In this document: piece after piece, positions 33,401 through 45,683 of the stretch
How the letters are laid out: the number at the start of each line of letters is the position of its first letter
Position numbering within the stretch: the stretch's first letter is position 1
Assembly (NCBI GenBank): GCA_963744145.1
Contig: CAVUSO010000001.1
Coordinates: forward strand, 480,001-544,000
DNA: 64,000 nt
Origin: an uncultured cyanobacterium
GTDB taxonomy: Bacteria; Cyanobacteriota; Cyanobacteriia; Cyanobacteriales; CAWUOF01
Reading direction: 5' to 3'
The notes under the pieces: model-generated
Database searches by the model: none
Told to the model about the DNA's origin: nothing
The model's input: the letters and a program-made list of their open reading frames with translations, nothing else
Position numbers and translations under genes: made by a program

Positions 33401-34810
33401 TTAATCTGGGGGATGGAGAGACTGGTCTAAAATTGGTGCTGATGGGATCTGAAAAACTATTTTTAATAAAGGAGGTGCGAGAAAAGTTGTCAGAATTACC
33501 ATCATAATAATCGCTGCATTCAAGGAATCGGACAATACACCACTAGCAGTCCCAATTCCAGAAAACACTAAACCCACTTCACCCCGAGGAATCATCCCCA
33601 CACCGATCGCTAAACGATTGATCTCCGGTTGACCAAACACCGCTAACCCAGTTACTACTTTTCCCAAAATTGCTACTGTAATCAAAAAAGTTGCCATAAT
33701 TAGACCTTCACGATTACTAGGAATAAAAGGATTGAGAACCCCCAAATTAGTTTTCGCACCAACAGTCACAAAGAAAATTGGCACCATAATATCTGCGATC
33801 GGCATAATCTGCTTTTCTAGTTCTTTCCGCTTATCTGTTTCATCAAAAACTAACCCCGCAGCAAAAGCTCCTAAAATTGCTTCTAAGTGAATTGCTATCC
33901 CAATATAGGAAAGAACCAAAGCAAAAGTTAAAGCAGGAATGATCAATTGTCCTCTGGTTTGCAGTTGCTCAACTAGATTGATACTCCAACCAGTATTGAC
34001 AAATCGACCCACAAAAATTGCTCCCACTAAGAACACAGTGGAGCTAATAATCAGATACATGACATTTAAGACATCAACTTCACCAGTTTTTGCTAAACTA
34101 GCCACTACCGCTAAAACAATAATCCCTAAAACATCATCAATTACTGCTGCACCAACAATAATTTGACCTTCTTTAGTATTTAAACGTTGGAGTTCTGACA
34201 AGACTTTGGAGGTAATTCCAATACTAGTTGCAGTTAAAGCAGCTCCTGCAAAAATTGCTGGAATAGCGGGAACATGAAAGAATATCATTAATCCAGCAGT
34301 TCCAGCAGCAAAGGGAGTTACTACTCCGACTACTGCAACTACAGTAGACTGAATTCCCACTGCTAGTAATTCTTTTAAATTTGATTGTAGACCAATTTCA
34401 AATAACAACACAATCACACCCAATTCGGCTAAAATCCCAATTACTTCACTTTGGGTTGCAAATGTTGCTGTTAGTGATTCTGGATCTAATCCTGCGGTAA
34501 TTTGCAAGAAATTCATCATCACCGATCCACTACCATCTTCTGAAGCGATCGGAAAGACGAGTAGTTTTAAACCTGAGACTCCGACAATTACCCCTCCCAC
34601 TAATTCCCCTAAAACTGGTGGAAACCCCAGTCGATTGGACAATTCACCCCCAACCTTGCTCACGATATATATAATAACTAAGCTGAGGATTACCCCAGCT
34701 AAAACTAGGGGCCCGGTTGCTGGTACTATTGCTATTAGAGGTAGGGTTTGGGGAAACAATGCTGTTGGGATATTCGAGGTGATGGATGTCATCGGGTAAA
34801 TTAGATCCAT
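33401..34810 (-). CDS. nhaS3: Na+/H+ antiporter (CPA2, NhaS3-like)
   Basis: LGELVGG, LTATSIGIT, GAAVIDD, GMIPRGEVG. Confidence 0.88.
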   Translation of the reverse strand: MDLIYPMTSITSNIPTALFPQTLPLIAIVPATGPLVLAGVILSLVIIYIVSKVGGELSNRLGFPPVLGELVGGVIVGVSGLKLLVFPIASEDGSGSVMMNFLQITAGLDPESLTATFATQSEVIGILAELGVIVLLFEIGLQSNLKELLAVGIQSTVVAVVGVVTPFAAGTAGLMIFFHVPAIPAIFAGAALTATSIGITSKVLSELQRLNTKEGQIIVGAAVIDDVLGIIVLAVVASLAKTGEVDVLNVMYLIISSTVFLVGAIFVGRFVNTGWSINLVEQLQTRGQLIIPALTFALVLSYIGIAIHLEAILGAFAAGLVFDETDKRKELEKQIMPIADIMVPIFFVTVGAKTNLGVLNPFIPSNREGLIMATFLITVAILGKVVTGLAVFGQPEINRLAIGVGMIPRGEVGLVFSGIGTASGVLSDSLNAAIIMMVILTTFLAPPLLKIVFQIPSAPILDQSLHPPD

Positions 34811-34891
34811 TATAGGGTATGGAGAGGATATTTCATCCTATAGGGAAAGTGTAAAAATTATAACAGTAATTAGGTCAAACAATCTAAAAAT

Positions 34892-37800
34892 ATGATTAAA
34901 CTATATGGTTATCAAGTTTTAGGTCAAATCTATGAAAGTACCAACTCAGAAGTATATCGTGCTATTCGTCAGAGCGATCGCCAAAAGGTAATTCTGAAAT
35001 TTCTCAAGCAAGATTATCCTACACCAGCTGAACTTACGCGCTATAAGCAAGAATATGAACTAACTCGCACCCTGAACTTCGACAGTGTGGTGAAAGTATA
35101 TGGGTTAGAAAAATATGAAAATACCTTAGTAATGTTTGCTGAAGATTTTGGAGGTGAGTCTTTAAAAAAATTGAGGGAACATCATCAGTTTAGTTTAGGA
35201 GAATTTCTCGCGATCGCCATAAAAATTGCGACTAGCTTGGGTCAAATTCACGCGGCTAATATTATTCATAAAGATATTAATCCATCGAATCTAGTTTATC
35301 ATCCAGAAACCCAACAATTAAAAATTATAGATTTTGGGATTTCGACTCGTTTAACGAGAGAGAACCCGACCCTAAAAAACCCTAACGTCTTAGAAGGAAC
35401 TTTAGCCTATATTTCCCCGGAACAAACCGGACGAATGAACCGGAGTTTAGATTATCGCACAGATTTTTATTCCTTGGGGGTAACTTTTTATGAAATGTTA
35501 ACCGGACAACTACCGTTTACCACTGAGGATGATTTAGAATTAGTCCATTGTCATATTGCCAAACAACCTTTATTACCATCAGAAATTAGTCCATCACTCC
35601 CTATTGCAGTTACCAATATTGTGATGAAATTAATGGCAAAAAATGCCGAAGATCGCTATCAAAGTGCTTGGGGATTAATCGCGGATTTAGAAAATTGTTT
35701 GAGTCAATTACACTCAACCGGAAATATCACCAATTTTCCCCTGGGTAGTCAGGATATTTCTGATCAATTTCAGATTCCCCAAAAACTATATGGACGGGAG
35801 ACAGAAATTGAAACATTAACTAGTGCTTTTATGCGTGTAGCATCTTCAGATCGCAAGGGAGCGAGTAGAGAAGATCGGAGTGCTGAACTAACGCTAATCG
35901 CGGGATATTCGGGGATTGGTAAATCTGCACTTGTCCAAGAAATTTATAAACCGATTACAGAAAAACGGGGCTATTTTATTGCAGGTAAATTTGACCAATT
36001 TCAACGCAATATTCCTTACAGTGCGATCGTCAATGCTTTTCAACAATTAGTCAAACAAATATTAACTGAAAATTCTGCCCAATTACAAGCATGGTGCCAA
36101 AAATTTTTAGATGGATTAGGAGTTAATGGGCAAATCATTATTGAGATCATTCCAGAAATAGAATTAATTATTGGTAAACAACCACCTGTACCCGAATTAG
36201 GTCCAACAGAATCCCAACATCGGTTTAATTTGGTTTTCCAAAATTTTCTCCGGACTTGTTGTGCGAAAAACCATCCATTAGTAATATTTCTGGATGATTT
36301 ACAATGGGCAGATGGGGCAACACTGAAATTAATTGAACTAATGATGACCGATCCAAACTTGCACTATCTATTTCTAATTGGTGCTTACCGAGATAATGAA
36401 GTTAGTAGCGGTCATCCTCTAATTATGATGTTGGATGAATTAAGAAAAAATCAGGTAAAAATTAATAAAATTACTTTAGATAACTTGGGACTAGAAGATA
36501 TTAATAGACTGGTGGCTGATACTTTAAAAAGCGATGAAAGCAGCGTTAAGCCATTAGCTGAATTAGTCTTAAATAAAACTGGAGGAAATCCTTTTTTTAT
36601 CAACCAATTTTTGAAATTACTATATACAGAGGACTTAATCAAATTTAGTTACGATGAGCAAAAATGGCAATGGGAACAAACACAGATAGAAGCGCGAAAT
36701 ATCACAGATAATGTGGTTGAGTTAATGATTGGAAAATTAAAAAAATTACCGACCAGCACTCAGTCACTTTTACAATTAGCGGCTTGTGTAGGAGCTAATT
36801 TTGACTTACATACTTTATCAATTATTGGTCGAAAAACGCCAGCAGAATTTTTTCCTGATTTAATGATCGCTATTGAATCAGGATTACTTTTACCTTTATC
36901 AGAATTAGATCAAGAACTTTTAATTCAAAATTATCAATTTCTTCACGATCGCGTCCAACAAGCAGCCTATTCCCTCATTCCTCCAGAGCAAAAACAAGCT
37001 ATCCATCTCCAAATTGGACAATTACTTCAACAAAATTCTACTGAGATGGAAAGAGAGGAAAAACTCTTCGATATCGTAGGACATTTGAATCTAGGACAAG
37101 AGTTAATTGTTCAACCCCAAGAACGAGAAACCTTAGCTCAACTTAATTTAAAAGCCGGAATTAAAGCGAGAAATGCTACCGCTTATGCTGGAGCAAAGCT
37201 CTATTTGCAAACAGGAATTGATTTACTAACAAACAACTGCTGGGAAGAGCAATATGAATTGACACTAAATCTCTATATTGTTGCAGCTGAATCTGCCTAT
37301 TTGAATGGCGATCCTGAAGGAATGGAACAAATGGCAACACAGGTATTGGAGAGAGCTAAGACTATTTTAGACAAAGTAAAAATTTACAAAATTAAAATAG
37401 CCGATCAAACAGCTAAAGGGAATCCTTTAGTAGCAATTGCTGTAGCTAGAGAAGCACTCGGACAATTAGGGATTAATCTACCGATGGAGCCTGATGAAGC
37501 CATGATTAACACAGGATTAGAAACTGTTAATATTCAACTTCAAGGTAGAGGGATAGAACTGGTGGATTTGCCAGTTATGACCGATATTAAGACAGAATCA
37601 ACTATGCAATTGTTAGGGATGTTAATTCCAGCTAGCGTCCAGGGAATGCCAAGTTTATTGCCCATACTTGGTGCTACGATGGTGAGTTTATCCCTGGAGT
37701 TTGGGAATACCTCTGCATCATCTGTCGGGTATGTACTTTATGGGATGGTAAACTGCGCTGTTTTACGAGATATAGACAGGGGTTATGAGTTTGGTAAATT

Positions 37801-40156
37801 AGCAATTAATGTACTGGATCGGTTTAATGCAATGGAATTCAAATCGATCATTATGGTATTATTTGGATGCTTTATTCAACATCGCCGAGAACCACTGAGA
37901 GCTGCAATTAAAACCCTCAAAGATGGCTATAATGCTGGTGGAGAAACTGGTGAGGCTTTATATGCAGGCTATAGTATCGAACACTACAGTTACGCCTGTT
38001 TTTTTAGTGGAGTAGAATTGGGTAGTTTGGGGACTGAACTATCCGCTTACAGTGATGCTTTGTTGAAATTGAAACAAGATTCAGCTCGAAATTATTTGGA
38101 TTTAATTCGACAGACAGTAGAGAATTTCCAGACATTTATAGACCAACCAGATTGTTTGAAAGGAAGTGCCTATGATGAAACGGTAATGCTCCCCAAACTC
38201 CTCCAGGGTAATGATTTGGTTGTGATTGTTTATGTCTATATATACAAAATGTTGCTGGCTTACTCATGGGGGAATTATACCTCTGCTTTAGAGCATATTT
38301 TTGAAATCAAACGATATATATATTCGATGACATTAGGAAGTGTTTTTATTCCGATTTTCCATTTTTATACTGCCCTGACAGAATTAGCAATTTTGTCTGA
38401 TTCATCAGAGCAATCTAATATTATTGCCCGGGTAGAAACCCATCAAGATGCCATAAATTCGTGGATGCAAAATTATCCCATCAATCATCAGCATAAATGG
38501 CATTTAGTTGAAGCTGAAAAGTATCGCGTTTTGGGCAATAAAGCCGAAGCGATTGAACATTACGATCGCGCCATATATCTAGCTAAAGAAAATCAATTCA
38601 TCCAAGAAGAAGCTCTCGCTAATGAATTAGCTGCTAAATTTTACTTAACCTGGGGAAAGGGAAAAATTGCCCAAAATTATCTCCAGGAATCCCACTATGC
38701 TTATACTTGCTGGGGTGCGATCGCTAAGGTGAAAGATTTAGAGCAAAAATATCCCCAATTAATCTTAACAACTCCTCGGATTAAAGGAACGAAAACTACC
38801 CGTACCTCTACCGGACGTGATGCTAGCACAACTTTAGATTTAGCTACAGTAATGAAAGCTAATCAAGCGATTTCTGGAGAAATTGTCTTAGATAAATTAC
38901 TGGTTTCTTTGATGAAGATTATGCTGGAAAATGCGGGAGCCCAAATCGGTTATCTGATTTTAAACAATCAAGGTAAATTAGTAATTGAAGCGTCCGGTGC
39001 GATCGGTGCTGATCAAGTAAAGGTATTACAGTCTATTCCCGTTGATAACTTTCAGTTACTGTCCCATCCGATTGTTAATTATGTACTCAGAACTAAAGAA
39101 AGTGTGGTATTAAATCATGCTACAAAAGAAGGTAACTTTACTAATGATTCTTATATTAAACAGCATCAACCTAAGTCAATTCTCTGTGTACCGTTAGTTA
39201 ATCAAAGTCAACTAATTAGTATTATTTATCTAGAAAATAATTTAACTACAGGTGCTTTTACGACAGAACGAGTGGAAATTTTAAACCTGTTATCATCCCA
39301 AGCTGCTATTTCGATCGAAAATGCCAAACTCTACCATAACATGATCGCTTTAAATCACGCTTACGAGCGGTTTGTACCTCGTCAATTTCTGCAATTTTTA
39401 GAAAAATCGAGCATTACTGATGTGCAATTAGGTGATCAAGTCCAATTAGAAATGTCGGTACTATTTTCTGATATCCGTGGTTTTACTACACTGTCAGAAA
39501 AAATGACCCCAGCGGAAAATTTCAAGTTTATCAACTCCTATCTATCTGAAATGGAATCAGCAATTATTGAAAATAATGGCTTTATTGACAAATATATTGG
39601 TGATGCAATAATGGCGTTATTTAGTGGGGAAGCGGATCAGGCGATCAAAGCGGGCATCGCTATGTTACAACGCTTGAGAGTATATAATCAACATCGAGCT
39701 AATTCTGGTGATGTACCGATCGGGATTGGAATCGGTATCAATACAGGTTCATTAATGTTAGGTACTGTCGGTGGACAAAATCGGATGGATACCACAGTTA
39801 TTAGTGATGCGGTAAATTTAGCTTCACGGGTAGAAACTTTGACGAAAAATTATGGGGTATCTCTGTTAATCACCCACCAGACTTATGTCAGATTAAGCGA
39901 TCCATCTAATTATGCTATTCGTGCGATTGATACAGTTCAAGTTAAGGGTAAATCAGAATTAGTGACGGTTTATGAAGTATTTGATGGAGATTTACCAGAA
40001 ATTAAAGCTGGAAAATTAGCAACTCTACCAATATTTATGGAAGCTTTATCACTTTATCAAGCAGGTAAATTAGCTGAAGCAGGTGCATTATTTGCGGATT
40101 GTTTACATCAAAATCCAGGCGATCGCGTCGCCCAGTTTTATAGCCAGCAACTTTAG
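34892..40156 (+). CDS. Ser/Thr kinase - AAA ATPase - GAF - class III adenylate cyclase
   Basis: IIHKDINPSN, IIDFG, GYSGIGKS, LDDLQWAD, GAF, FSDIRGFT, IDKYIGD, DTTVISDAVNLASRVE. Confidence 0.92.
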   Translation: MIKLYGYQVLGQIYESTNSEVYRAIRQSDRQKVILKFLKQDYPTPAELTRYKQEYELTRTLNFDSVVKVYGLEKYENTLVMFAEDFGGESLKKLREHHQFSLGEFLAIAIKIATSLGQIHAANIIHKDINPSNLVYHPETQQLKIIDFGISTRLTRENPTLKNPNVLEGTLAYISPEQTGRMNRSLDYRTDFYSLGVTFYEMLTGQLPFTTEDDLELVHCHIAKQPLLPSEISPSLPIAVTNIVMKLMAKNAEDRYQSAWGLIADLENCLSQLHSTGNITNFPLGSQDISDQFQIPQKLYGRETEIETLTSAFMRVASSDRKGASREDRSAELTLIAGYSGIGKSALVQEIYKPITEKRGYFIAGKFDQFQRNIPYSAIVNAFQQLVKQILTENSAQLQAWCQKFLDGLGVNGQIIIEIIPEIELIIGKQPPVPELGPTESQHRFNLVFQNFLRTCCAKNHPLVIFLDDLQWADGATLKLIELMMTDPNLHYLFLIGAYRDNEVSSGHPLIMMLDELRKNQVKINKITLDNLGLEDINRLVADTLKSDESSVKPLAELVLNKTGGNPFFINQFLKLLYTEDLIKFSYDEQKWQWEQTQIEARNITDNVVELMIGKLKKLPTSTQSLLQLAACVGANFDLHTLSIIGRKTPAEFFPDLMIAIESGLLLPLSELDQELLIQNYQFLHDRVQQAAYSLIPPEQKQAIHLQIGQLLQQNSTEMEREEKLFDIVGHLNLGQELIVQPQERETLAQLNLKAGIKARNATAYAGAKLYLQTGIDLLTNNCWEEQYELTLNLYIVAAESAYLNGDPEGMEQMATQVLERAKTILDKVKIYKIKIADQTAKGNPLVAIAVAREALGQLGINLPMEPDEAMINTGLETVNIQLQGRGIELVDLPVMTDIKTESTMQLLGMLIPASVQGMPSLLPILGATMVSLSLEFGNTSASSVGYVLYGMVNCAVLRDIDRGYEFGKLAINVLDRFNAMEFKSIIMVLFGCFIQHRREPLRAAIKTLKDGYNAGGETGEALYAGYSIEHYSYACFFSGVELGSLGTELSAYSDALLKLKQDSARNYLDLIRQTVENFQTFIDQPDCLKGSAYDETVMLPKLLQGNDLVVIVYVYIYKMLLAYSWGNYTSALEHIFEIKRYIYSMTLGSVFIPIFHFYTALTELAILSDSSEQSNIIARVETHQDAINSWMQNYPINHQHKWHLVEAEKYRVLGNKAEAIEHYDRAIYLAKENQFIQEEALANELAAKFYLTWGKGKIAQNYLQESHYAYTCWGAIAKVKDLEQKYPQLILTTPRIKGTKTTRTSTGRDASTTLDLATVMKANQAISGEIVLDKLLVSLMKIMLENAGAQIGYLILNNQGKLVIEASGAIGADQVKVLQSIPVDNFQLLSHPIVNYVLRTKESVVLNHATKEGNFTNDSYIKQHQPKSILCVPLVNQSQLISIIYLENNLTTGAFTTERVEILNLLSSQAAISIENAKLYHNMIALNHAYERFVPRQFLQFLEKSSITDVQLGDQVQLEMSVLFSDIRGFTTLSEKMTPAENFKFINSYLSEMESAIIENNGFIDKYIGDAIMALFSGEADQAIKAGIAMLQRLRVYNQHRANSGDVPIGIGIGINTGSLMLGTVGGQNRMDTTVISDAVNLASRVETLTKNYGVSLLITHQTYVRLSDPSNYAIRAIDTVQVKGKSELVTVYEVFDGDLPEIKAGKLATLPIFMEALSLYQAGKLAEAGALFADCLHQNPGDRVAQFYSQQL

Positions 40157-40259
40157 CTGGCTGAAAGGGCGTATTGCTATACGCCCCTACTTGGTGGAAC
40201 CTTTGCTCATAGAGGGATGTAGAACTTAGCGGGAAAAGTCACACTCTATATGTACCGTT

Positions 40260-40688
40260 TTAATTGGATGATTCAGAGGAAGTATTAGGATGTTGTTGAT
40301 ACCAATTAGACCGTTCTGTATCAAGTTGTTCCTTTTGTGCGGGTGTTAAAATTGCATCGATTTGGCTTCTCTCGTTTTCACGAATTGATCTGAGTTGACC
40401 TTTTTGGAAATCACTTAGATTTAGGTTAGGCTTTGATGGTCTAGCAATCTCAAACTGTTTTTTCTGATCATCGTTCAGAATCGTAAATGCTTGTTGATGG
40501 CTATATTGACGAATTTTTTCAATTTGACCTGTTTGAGAATCAGTCAAATCTAATTCTTGAAATTCATTTTTCCGCTCTGCTGTAGGAATTGGGTCTGCGC
40601 TAGCAGAATTAAAATAAAATACTATTGGAGAGATCACAACAGTTGCAGCAATTAGACCCGATAATAGAAAAGAAGCTTTAAGTTTCAT
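40260..40688 (-). CDS. Spy/CpxP (LTxxQ) family periplasmic protein
   Basis: Signal peptide; LTDSQ, LNDDQ, LSDFQ, LTPAQ repeats. Confidence 0.8.
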   Translation of the reverse strand: MKLKASFLLSGLIAATVVISPIVFYFNSASADPIPTAERKNEFQELDLTDSQTGQIEKIRQYSHQQAFTILNDDQKKQFEIARPSKPNLNLSDFQKGQLRSIRENERSQIDAILTPAQKEQLDTERSNWYQQHPNTSSESSN

Positions 40689-40811
40689 GGTTGAGAATCT
40701 CGCTTATTGTTTATGGGTACAGGTAACAACAATTATTTGTTGCATTAATTTAGACGGGGGAAATAGAAAGAGTCATTGAGAATTATGAAGCTGATATTAA
40801 TGCTTCTTACT

Positions 40812-41249
40812 TTATAAGCAAAATCCAAGCACTATAAGATTTTGACATTGTGGTTTTGGCTGCCATTGCGGCTGTTGCCATTGCTGCTGTTCCCATCGTT
40901 GTTGTTCCCATTGATGTTGTGCTTGATCTTGACGTTGTTGAGCTTGACGTTGTTGCTCTTGATCTTGACGTTGTTGAGCTTGACGTTGTTGCTCTTGATC
41001 TTGACGTTGTTGAGCTTGACGTTGTTGAGCTTGTGCTTGACGTTGTTGAGCTTGACGTTGTTGAGCTTGACGTTGTTGCTCTTGTGCTTGACGTTGTTGC
41101 TCTTGCTGGTAATCGTAACTATTATTTGGATAATTGTTATTCCGATAATCGTTATTTTGAGCATAGCTATCGGCAAAAACAGGAGTCCCCATGCTATTTA
41201 ACAGCAAACTAGCGACACCTAATAAAACTAGAGATTTATTGAACCGCAT
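40812..41249 (-). CDS. Secreted Gln-rich repeat protein
   Basis: Signal peptide (VFA|D), GGA RBS, QQRQAQ/QQRQDQE repeats, Cys-x7-Cys at the C-terminus. Confidence 0.75.
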   Translation of the reverse strand: MRFNKSLVLLGVASLLLNSMGTPVFADSYAQNNDYRNNNYPNNSYDYQQEQQRQAQEQQRQAQQRQAQQRQAQAQQRQAQQRQDQEQQRQAQQRQDQEQQRQAQQRQDQAQHQWEQQRWEQQQWQQPQWQPKPQCQNLIVLGFCL

Positions 41250-41588
41250 ATCTTTTATTTCCTTTTGTTATTAAAGATTGATTATGGTTTTTAATCAATA
41301 CTTATATTATAACTATTAAAATCTTGGGAAAACCCATTATAAAGTAATTAATTAATCATAAAAAGTCATATTTTTATTATTATTGATGCAATACATTGTC
41401 CATAAAGCAAGCAATCGTACATCATCACCATTGATGGATCATAAGTAAATATTTAATGAAGTTGTGGTGAATATGCTCGCGATCGCTCCCAAGTAAAGGG
41501 AAAATATTCTTGAAATTAATTAGCATAAATCGGCATCATAGTTTATAATAACCCAGAACTTGATTGCAAATAAAAAACATTTTCATTT

Positions 41589-42866
41589 ATGCTCGACCTT
41601 AAGCTGATCCGGGAAAATCCTCAAGTAGTTCAAGCAAGTCTAAAAACTCGTGGTGAATATGACATCCAACCCATCTTACAACTTGACCAACAACAACGGG
41701 AAATTGAAACAACCCGATCGCAACTTCAAGCTAGATCCAACGAAATCGGTAAATTAGTTGGGCAAAAAATGAAATCTGGGTCTAAAGCTGATGATCCAGA
41801 AATTCAAGCATTAAAAGATGAAGGAAATCAACTCAAACTCCAACTCAGTCAATTAGAACCCCAGGAAAAAGAGCTAAAAACTCAAATTGAAACCAATCTC
41901 TTAACTATCCCCAATTTACCGAGTGAATCAACTCCGATCGGCAAAAATGAAGAGGAAAATATCGAAATTCGTCGTTGGGGAGACGAATATTTACCCCAAA
42001 ATCCGCAAATTATTCCTCATTGGGAAATTGGTGAAAAACTGGGGATACTTAATTTTGAGCGATCGGTTAAAGTTGCTCAAAGTCGTTTTGTTACCCTGAT
42101 CGGAGCAGGTGCAGCATTAGAAAGAGCCTTAATTAGCTTTATGCTCGATCGGCATATTAAAATTGGCTATACAGAAATCATCCCACCAATTTTAATTAAC
42201 ACCGAATCCATGACCGCAACTGGTCAATTACCCAAATTTGCGGAGGAAAGTTTTAAATGTGCTGATGACGATCTCTGGTTAGCACCCACAGCAGAAGTTC
42301 CCGTTACCAATTTATATCGAAATGAAATTCTCACCGCTGAACAATTACCCATTTATCATTGTGCTTATACTCCCTGTTTTCGTCGAGAAGCGGGTAGTTA
42401 TGGACGCGATACTAGAGGACTGATTCGCTTACATCAATTTAATAAAGTTGAATTGGTCAAATTTGTTCATCCTAGCACCTCTGGGGAAGAACATCAAACC
42501 CTGACCGCAAACGCTGAAGCAATTTTACAGGAATTAAAATTGCCTTACCGAGTGATCGAGTTATGTACTGGAGATTTAGGTTTTTCCGCCAGTAAAACTT
42601 ATGATTTAGAAGTATGGCTTCCTAGTAGTGGTAAATATCGGGAAATTTCTAGTTGTTCTAATTTTGGCGATTTTCAAGCCAGACGTGGTAATATTCGGTT
42701 TAAAGAAACAGGTAAGAAAGGGACTCTGTTTGTTCATACCCTCAATGGTTCTGGGTTAGCAGTGGGTCGTACTATGTCAGCAATTTTGGAAAATTATCAA
42801 CAATTGGATGGGACAATAAAGATTCCCGAAGTATTGCAACCCTATTTGGGTCGGACTTATTTGTAG
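41589..42866 (+). CDS. serS: Seryl-tRNA synthetase
   Basis: [40 protein letters not shown]. Confidence 0.98.
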   Translation: MLDLKLIRENPQVVQASLKTRGEYDIQPILQLDQQQREIETTRSQLQARSNEIGKLVGQKMKSGSKADDPEIQALKDEGNQLKLQLSQLEPQEKELKTQIETNLLTIPNLPSESTPIGKNEEENIEIRRWGDEYLPQNPQIIPHWEIGEKLGILNFERSVKVAQSRFVTLIGAGAALERALISFMLDRHIKIGYTEIIPPILINTESMTATGQLPKFAEESFKCADDDLWLAPTAEVPVTNLYRNEILTAEQLPIYHCAYTPCFRREAGSYGRDTRGLIRLHQFNKVELVKFVHPSTSGEEHQTLTANAEAILQELKLPYRVIELCTGDLGFSASKTYDLEVWLPSSGKYREISSCSNFGDFQARRGNIRFKETGKKGTLFVHTLNGSGLAVGRTMSAILENYQQLDGTIKIPEVLQPYLGRTYL

Positions 42867-42961
42867 GAAGCCACAGGAAAGATTAAAATTAGGTAAAAAT
42901 AGTGAAAAGCTCCTTTGCTTTCCCTGTTAATTTTTGACTACGGACTTCAGGAATTTTTTCT

Positions 42962-44045
42962 ATGTCTCTTTTGGCAATTTTAGGATCAATTAGTGTATTA
43001 GCGCTGTTGGTTGTGGTCCATGAATTGGGTCATTTTCTCGCAGCTCGTCTTCAAGGTATTCACGTCAATCGCTTTTCCATCGGTTTTGGTCCAATTCTCT
43101 GGAAATATCAAGGACCAGAAACCGAATATGCGATTCGTGGTTTTCCCTTGGGGGGTTTTGTCGGTTTTCCTGATGATGATCCAGATAGTAATATTCCTCC
43201 TGAAGATCCCAATCTGTTACGCAATCGACCAATTTTAGATCGAGCGATCGTAATTAGTGCTGGAGTAATTGCGAATTTAATTTTTGCTTATTTGGTTTTA
43301 GTAGTTCAGGTAGGAACGGTAGGTATTCAGGAAGTTAATTATCAAGCAGGTGTTCGGATACCCGCAATATCTACAGAAATAAATTCTGCCGCAGCTAAAG
43401 CTGGAATTCAAGCAGGTGATCTAGTTGTAGCAGTAGATGGTCAAAAATTACCTGCGGCTGAAGATACTATTTTTAACCTAAAACGCTTAATTGAAAGTCA
43501 CCCTAATCAATCACTTCAGTTAGGGATTCAGCGTCAGAATCAAATAATTTCTCTGACTGTTACTCCGATCGCTGGATCTGATGGTAAAGGTCGGATTGGT
43601 GTTCAGTTAGATCCTAATCGTCAATTATTATGGGCGTCGAGCGCATAATGTGGGAGAAGCTTTTACGGAAGCGACATCGCAATTTGAAAAGATTGTCCTG
43701 TTGACGGTTAAAGGTTTTGGTCAATTAATTAGCAATTTTAAGGAAACCGCTAATCAAGTGTCTGGTCCGGTTGCGATCGTTGCTCTTGGTGCTGGAATTG
43801 CTCAATCTGATCCCTCTTATCTGTTTCAGTTTGCTGCATTGATCAGCATTAACCTGGCAATTATTAATATCTTACCTCTACCAGCTCTCGATGGGGGTCA
43901 GCTTGCTTTCTTGTTAATTGAAGGTTTACGTGGTAAACCCTTACCTACTCATGTGCAAGAAAGTGTAATGCAAACCGGGTTAATGTTACTGTTGGGTTTA
44001 GGAATTTTCTTGATTATTCGGGATACAGTGAAATTAGTGCAATAG
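42962..44045 (+). CDS. rseP: RIP metalloprotease RseP (+1 frameshift near 43633)
   Basis: HELGH, PDZ domain, NILPLPALDGG; removing one G from TGGGCG joins both ORFs (LLWRRAHNVGEAF). Confidence 0.92.
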
Positions 44046-44067
44046 AGGGTGTTGATTAAGATTGACT

Positions 44068-45303
44068 ATGGCAACGATTAATGATAATTACCTAAAACTG
44101 AAAGCTGGTTATCTATTTCCAGAAATTGCTCGTCGGGTAAATAATTTTGCCCAAGCTCATCCCGATGCGAAAATTATTCGCTTAGGAATTGGTGATGTGA
44201 CCGAACCTTTACCAGAAGCTTGTCGTACAGCGATGATCGCAGCAGTAACCGAAATGGGCGATCGCGCTACTTTTAAAGGGTATGGTCCGGAACAAGGTTA
44301 TGATTGGTTACGTGCGAAAATCGCTACCCAAGATTTTCAAGCCAGGGGATGTGATATTGATGCTTCAGAAATTTTTATCTCTGATGGCTCAAAATGTGAT
44401 ACAGGTAATATTCTCGATATCTTTGGTAATAACAATATCATTGCTGTCACCGATCCAGTTTATCCTGTCTATGTCGATACTAATGTCATGGCAGGACATA
44501 CGGGATTTAGTAACGAGCAAGATAAGTTTGATGGATTAGTCTATCTACCAATTACCGCAGAAAACAACTTTACCGCGACTATTCCTACTGAGAAAGTTGA
44601 TTTAATTTATCTGTGTTTTCCCAATAATCCGACCGGAGCGATCGCGACTAAAGAACATCTCCAAGCTTGGGTAGACTATGCTCGAACTCATGGAGCGATC
44701 ATTTTCTTTGATGCTGCTTACGAAGCTTTTATTACTGAACCCAGCATTCCCCACTCCATCTACGAAATAGAAGGAGCGCGTTCTTGTGCGATCGAATTTC
44801 GTTCTTTTTCTAAAACTGCGGGATTTACTGGTGTTCGCTGTGCTTTTACTGTAGTCCCCAAAACCTTGACTGCAAAAACTACTGATGGTAAAGAAGTGGA
44901 ACTATGGCAATTATGGCACCGTCGTCAATCTACTAAGTTTAACGGTGTATCTTATGTAGTGCAACGGGGAGCGGAAGCTGTTTATTCCCAGGAAGGACAA
45001 GCTCAAGTCAAAGGTCTGATTAATTTCTATCTCGAAAATGCGAAAATTATTAGCAAGGAGCTCTCTTTAGCAGGATTTGGCGTTTATGGTGGGATCAATG
45101 CACCTTATGTATGGGTAAAAACCCCATCTGGGTTATCAAGCTGGGAGTTCTTTGATAAATTATTGCATACCTGTCATGTAGTTGGTACTCCCGGTTCTGG
45201 TTTTGGTGCTGCGGGAGAAGGTTATTTCCGGATTTCTGCTTTTAATAGTCGAGAAAATGTCGAAACAGCGATGAAAAGAATTACAGAGCAGTTTAAGATG
45301 TAG
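44068..45303 (+). CDS. dapL: LL-diaminopimelate aminotransferase
   Basis: [34 protein letters not shown]. Confidence 0.97.
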   Translation: MATINDNYLKLKAGYLFPEIARRVNNFAQAHPDAKIIRLGIGDVTEPLPEACRTAMIAAVTEMGDRATFKGYGPEQGYDWLRAKIATQDFQARGCDIDASEIFISDGSKCDTGNILDIFGNNNIIAVTDPVYPVYVDTNVMAGHTGFSNEQDKFDGLVYLPITAENNFTATIPTEKVDLIYLCFPNNPTGAIATKEHLQAWVDYARTHGAIIFFDAAYEAFITEPSIPHSIYEIEGARSCAIEFRSFSKTAGFTGVRCAFTVVPKTLTAKTTDGKEVELWQLWHRRQSTKFNGVSYVVQRGAEAVYSQEGQAQVKGLINFYLENAKIISKELSLAGFGVYGGINAPYVWVKTPSGLSSWEFFDKLLHTCHVVGTPGSGFGAAGEGYFRISAFNSRENVETAMKRITEQFKM

Positions 45304-45683
45304 TGTGGGAGGGGCAGGTTGTGAACTGCCCTCAACTCTCCCACCTCGCTAATCTGGGGTGGGATTTTTATCTATTTGAATGTGGAACAGATATCTGTTG
45401 TCTACTCAATTGAGTCTGTGATATCAGATCAGGTGAGTTCATCCAGGTGATCTGTGGGGCTGGGCGGGTTCATTAAGGTTATTGGTGTGAATCATAATTA
45501 ATCGGTGAACCCGCCCCTACAGAGATAAATGTATTCGATTTATTTTCTCAAAAAGATGATGATCAGGATCATAGAGGATTACGAGATTAACAGTGATTTA
45601 ATAACAGATCACTATCATAAACCTGCCCAACCAACACAGATCAATCACCAGCGACTTTAACCGATCGCCATTCATGCCAAATC

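Noticed and set aside
40832-41212. Three alternative-frame ORFs over the Gln-rich gene
   Set aside because: Stop-free frames are a by-product of the repeat; only 40812-41249 has an RBS and signal peptide
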